From: Podarcis gaigeae
Taxonomy: Eukaryota
Direction: 5' to 3' (one strand)
Length of the DNA stretch: 54,519 nt
Assembly: GCA_964106915.2 (NCBI GenBank)
Contig: OZ066917.1
The notes under the pieces were generated by a model, which ran no database searches, was not told where the DNA came from, and worked only from the letters and a program-made list of their open reading frames with translations. Shown in pieces: positions 49,936 to 54,519 of this stretch. Every line of letters starts with the position of its first letter. Position 1 is the stretch's first letter. A program made the translations under genes and the position numbers.

Positions 49936-52179
49936 TTTAGAATTTTTTTTCTTGTTTTCCTCCTCTAAAAACTACGTGCGTGTTATGGTCAGGTGCGTGT
50001 TATAGAGCGAAAAATACGGTACCTCAAACTGCACCTCCTGACTATGTTCCTAATCTTTAACAGGTAATGCAGCCCCTTGAAGATGGGGCTTCTACCTCCT
50101 TTTTCACTGTTCCTATCAAAGCCTGAGTTGTGTGTTAATGTGCTTGTGGAAAAAACAGTGCATGCTTTTTCTACCTCTGTAAAATTAGTACTGTATAACT
50201 CAAGAAATAGCTGGGGACATGCTCCAGTTTTCAAATTTGTTGGATCAAGTTTTCAAAGAATATTCTAACAAGTGTGGCACAATAACATGGGAAACTATTC
50301 AAGTCCTTAGCCTTCATTGCTATCAAATAACCACAGCAAATTCAATTAATGTCTGTATTTTAGATAAGTAATGCATTCCTTTGCCCCATTTCATATTTCA
50401 CGATATGAAGCCCTGTAGTTTATTTTCAGATTAATACGCTGATTTTAAACACACTGTTCAGAGAAAGCAAGGGTGGGCTTCTCTTTCAGATAACTGGTGC
50501 AATACAATTCACTTTATGAAATACATTTAGGATCAGGGTACACATCACAAGTACAGTTTCATATTATTGCTCGATGGTTTATAGATAACAAGGCCCCCAT
50601 GTTTAATACTTATTACATTTATCATAAGTGATAGAACATAACTCTCTTTTCTGGTTGCATCTATTTAATTACTGCTTTCCAGAAGTAGGAGAGAATTCTT
50701 CATTTCATTCCTGGATTCTAGCTGTCCCAGAACAACTTTTGGCAGTTCAGGTTAGTGGGAGTTCTAAAAATGAATTATTTTACTCCCTTTGACTAATGCT
50801 CATGAGCAGGTGTCAGAAATGATGAATGTGCAGCAAATTGCAAAAGTCATCCATCTGCCTACCGCAGGGAACTCCCTGAAAAAGATTTTTTAATAACTGT
50901 GCCTTATTTTTATTAGGCATTTCAGAAAAGAGGGAAAAGACAAAAGGTTACCTACTGCTGTCCTATGACAGGCCACAAAGGGCTTTAAAAGGTGAGGAAC
51001 CATTTCACGTTCTGAGAGGTTTCACTTTTAACAAGGCAATACAAGGCAAGTCTGGCATTATATAGTCTTTTAATTCAATATCAAAGCTCTCAGCAAAACA
51101 GGAGATGGGGGGGAGAGAGGGGGTTGTTTGGTAAGCAGGAAGTGACCTGAGCAAGAAGCCTCATAACTCCTGAGAGCCCAAGATGGGTTAGTTAGGAGGA
51201 GGAAAATCTGGGCATCAGCAAGGGATGACAACTTGGGTGGCCTTGGGCCAAGAGACGGCATGCTTCTCCTCCAGTGTACTGCTTTGACCCTTCCTTACAC
51301 AGAGGCTTCCCTCATGAGTTTCACAGCACATCTTGAGAAGCCCATGCCAAAACACAGTAAAACTGCAGGTTCATTCTCCCCCACCTCAATGCAAATATGG
51401 GAGCTATAAACCTTGTAATATTCCTAAAGTCACACAAGTTAAAGCAATAACCCTACACTCTCATTTTGCTAGCAGGTTGCTCAGTACAATAGGTGCGCAG
51501 CGGAACTCTGACATCTGTGCCATGTCGTTTTCAATCTGAGCAGCCCCACACCTCAATAACAAATGCCCCTCTTTTCACTGAACGTTGTCAGATTCAGACC
51601 GCATTTGCAATCTGTGTATTATATATATCTTTAAACCGTCACTATTGAATCAGCTGTCTGAACAGCACAGTTCCTAAACAATAATCCAGGCTGTTTCAGC
51701 ATCTCTAAGACATTGAATCAGAGTGTAATGTACACACACAGAGCTCATGTGATCCATCTCGTTAATAAAAAGTTAAGAAGGGATCCACGGAAAGACTGCA
51801 ATGAAGACAAAAATGAAACTCTCATGAATATGTGAAGCGATCAGCAGGGAGAAGCACAACTTGGCAAACTGCTGACAGCTTGCCATTTTATTCAAGTCAG
51901 GCTAAAGATTCTGGCGACAATTTGAAGGTAGCTGTTTATTGTGGGTACACTCATCTCATTTTCACCTCAGATAAACAGGTTTCCCAGGTTTTCCCAACTG
52001 TTTCAAAAGTTTGCAACAGGAGGCAGTTCCCTCTGTATTCCCCAACAGCCTCAGATGGAGAGGGAAGGCTGTTTGCTTCAGCCTGAGTGAGCTGCTCCTC
52101 AATCCCTAGCCATGCAGGAATGCTTTGAAGTTGCACCAGGCATGCCTCCTCCTCAGCTGTCTCATGCAACCCTTTGACG

Positions 52180-52730
52180 TAGGGGTGAGGAACCTCTTGC
52201 CCCACCAGCAGGGCCAATTTGGCCCACAAGGCCATTTCCCCAAACCACACCCATCTGTTAATCAGCTGACATCACTCTGATGGGGGAGTGGGGTTCAATA
52301 ATATATAACTGGTGCATGCAGCCAAACCATCAGGATTTAACACCCCATCAATTCAGCAGCTGATGAGAGAACTGGCAAGCACAGCCAACACAGAATTGCA
52401 CCCTACTCCCACTCAGATACATGGGTGGTGGGTTGAATCCGGCTCAGAGCCTAGCAGAGAGCAAGACTGAAGTCACTATTCATCAGCTGGTGAGCAGAGA
52501 GTTCAATCCTGTTGGGTACTGCTTCACCAGAGTGTTTGTCCCCTGCAGAAAACAGGCTGGTGAAGCTGACTTCACATGTCAACTCTTGACAGATGGGCAG
52601 GGCCACCCAGCTAGCTGTCACCTGATGTCATCATGATGTCAGGTGATTGGCTGGTGGGTAGCCCTGGCCACCTGTCAAAGCTGGACTTCAGGGGAGAGGG
52701 AGAAAAGGTAAAGATCTGACCCATGCTTGA
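52180..52730. mobile_element. Old hAT-like element
   Basis: Left end taggggtgaggaacct...ggccc and internal tgacatca/tgatgtca inverted motifs. Right end is uncertain. Confidence 0.45.
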
Positions 52731-52879
52731 AGGAGAGTGCAGCAGACTCCCTTTTGCAGTATAGCTGGGATTTTAAGAGGGAACAGCACTTCTCTCACCG
52801 TGGCAAGATTGTTAGCTTCTACCGTGGGTCATGGCCTATCACATTTCACTTGTTGACCCCAACAAAAACTGCTTTAGGG

Positions 52880-53049
52880 AACCCTGTACAGGATTAAAAT
52901 CTTAAGGCAGACCTGTTCAGGGAAGTTTTTAATGTGTGAGACATCTTAGTGTATTTTTGGTCTTTGTGGAAGCCGCCCAGAGTGGCTGGGGAAACCCAGC
53001 CAGATGGGTGGGATACAAATAATAAATTAGTAGTAGTAGTAGTAGTAGA
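52880..53049 (+). mobile_element. L2 LINE 3' end with (TAG)n tail
   Basis: Same 3' UTR as 1650-1765 (gcccagagtg.ctggggaaacccagccagatgggtggg). Confidence 0.8.
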
Positions 53050-53253
53050 TTGTTGAGGCACCCCTTGTTCTACTTCCAGATATCAGCAAATCCAGCCGCA
53101 GCAGTGAGACAAAAGAAACGTAGGTGTATGCCCCGGGAGGCTATGTCTCCTTCAAACCTTCCTCAACTTGCTTAAAAACTGTTCCTGGTTTCCAGCATTC
53201 CTGACTCAACACACCATTTACATAAATTCATATAATTTTAGATTGAGACTTAC

Positions 53254-53346
53254 GCAGCCAATATTGCTCGCAAAAGATCATCTGCTACTGGTAGCCTGAA
53301 GGACTTGCATATGGTCCTGCACTTGTCGCTGGCCAGCAGTCCGCAC
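53254..53346 (-). CDS. EFHC2: EFHC2 third-from-last coding exon (93 nt)
   Basis: Acceptor ttctgtttgtgcAG and donor GTaagt. Translates (1 nt)+CGLLASDKCRTICKSFRLPVADDLLRAILA+(2 nt), resembling the recalled EFHC2 segment RLCKSSRLPLSDDLLESLL. Phase joins correctly to the next exon. Confidence 0.9.
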
Positions 53347-54519
53347 CTGCACAAACAGAAATGTTTCTCATGGAATTCATTTTTTAAATGAAAACAGAAA
53401 AATGTAAAATGCTTGGTTTAAGAGGTGTCAATATCTGCATTTTAAAAATAGTAACTTGGAAAAGATGGTGGGAAAGCTTTTGGAAAGGAAAGCTTCTTAA
53501 AATGCAGTCCAGTGTCTGTTCCTTGCCTTCAAGCTGCTCCATTGTGTGGAGCTTTGAGTACCAGGGAAGAGAGAAAAGTAAAAGAAGAAACCACCACTAG
53601 GCACCAGGCTCGTCTGCCCACCCAAATGACACTCACGCCACGCCTCAGAAATCCCGCTTGCTCAAGCACTTTGCCTCCAGGATGCTAAAATGTGCTGAAG
53701 GCCAGTGGGAGACAGATTGATATATTCTCTTCCAAACCTGGAACTTTGAATTAACAGATTGCAGACCAAAACAATTAAGTCAATAGGATTTAAAAATTGT
53801 TTCCCTGTAGTAATTAGATTCAGAACATAACAGTGACACTGGATTCTCAGAGCAGCAAAAAGGACAAGCCCTGCCCAACAAAGAAGGGAGGCGAGGAAGA
53901 TAACACTGGGCCTTTCCAAAATGCCACAAAGTACTTTGAGACAGATGACATATTTTGCCTATGTTCAATGTAAGGAAAGAAGCAAAGCTCTCTGATCACT
54001 TAAAGCAGAAGGACACTCCCAAACCACCATGGGCAAAGCAAAGGACTTTAAGGTCTACAATCCAAAGCAGAGGAAGTACTGAACTTACTTCCAAGTAGAT
54101 GTGATTAGGATCAGAGTGTGATTCCCACTAATTCCAATGGGAAAATCAACACGGACAGAGATGGCCTTCCTCACTAGGTGAGGCCACCACATTTCCAGGA
54201 GGGGCTTCATAGAAATTATTAGAAAAATCAGCTATTTCCACATACCTAACGGAAACATCTACATCCAGCTGCTTACAAGCCATTAGCATCAGAAATGCAG
54301 AAGCTGAATAAGAACACTGTTTTGAAAGTTCATAAGCTGTATCCTACTCACAACATACACCTTCTGTAAATATATTATAACTTCCCTGTTACCCCCTTGC
54401 ACCCTTTAAGTACTTAGCTATGTACACAGTCATTCCTTACTTGCTCCGGTCGTTGTACACAAGCACTGCCAAGAGTTGACCAAAATTCTCAAAGCTATTT
54501 TTCTTAAGTTGTTCCTGGG

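Larger units (their letters stand above)
48301..50019. mobile_element. Non-autonomous pogo/Tigger-like DNA transposon (1.7 kb)
   Basis: TIRs ctgtaaatttcgctccataacatgca / tgcgtgttatagagcgaaaaatacgg flanked by TA on both sides. No transposase ORF. Confidence 0.82.

Noticed and set aside
53639-53735. Possible extra EFHC2 exon (ttccAG ... GTGAGT on minus)
   Set aside because: Weak polypyrimidine tract, and the frames I translated do not resemble EFHC2.

Overview
This is vertebrate genomic DNA, most likely from a squamate and probably a lacertid lizard. That assignment is inferred from the repeats: Sauria SINEs, a Squam3-type SINE, BovB, CR1, L2, Penelope and TA-flanked MITEs. The only protein-coding gene I can support is the 3' end of EFHC2 on the minus strand. 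It appears as three spliced exons (53346-53254, 44678-44573, 42832-42734) with canonical GT-AG sites and one continuous frame to a TAG stop; the ORF track captures only the middle exon. In amniotes EFHC2 is followed on the same strand by NDP (Norrin). A strong minus-strand donor at 7586/7585, beside a 216-nt assembly gap in a CpG-retaining region, is a candidate non-coding first exon of NDP (inference only; no Norrin coding sequence is in the window). The rest is intergenic or intronic DNA rich in transposon remnants, microsatellites and enhancer-like segments. Best observations: a Penelope-like insertion with a perfect 80-bp inverted repeat and a minimal hammerhead ribozyme motif, a pogo/Tigger-like element holding a two-variant minisatellite, and a dense HOX/CDX-type motif cluster. 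I cannot support a genuinely new biological system from the sequence alone. All family and gene names come from recall, not database searches.
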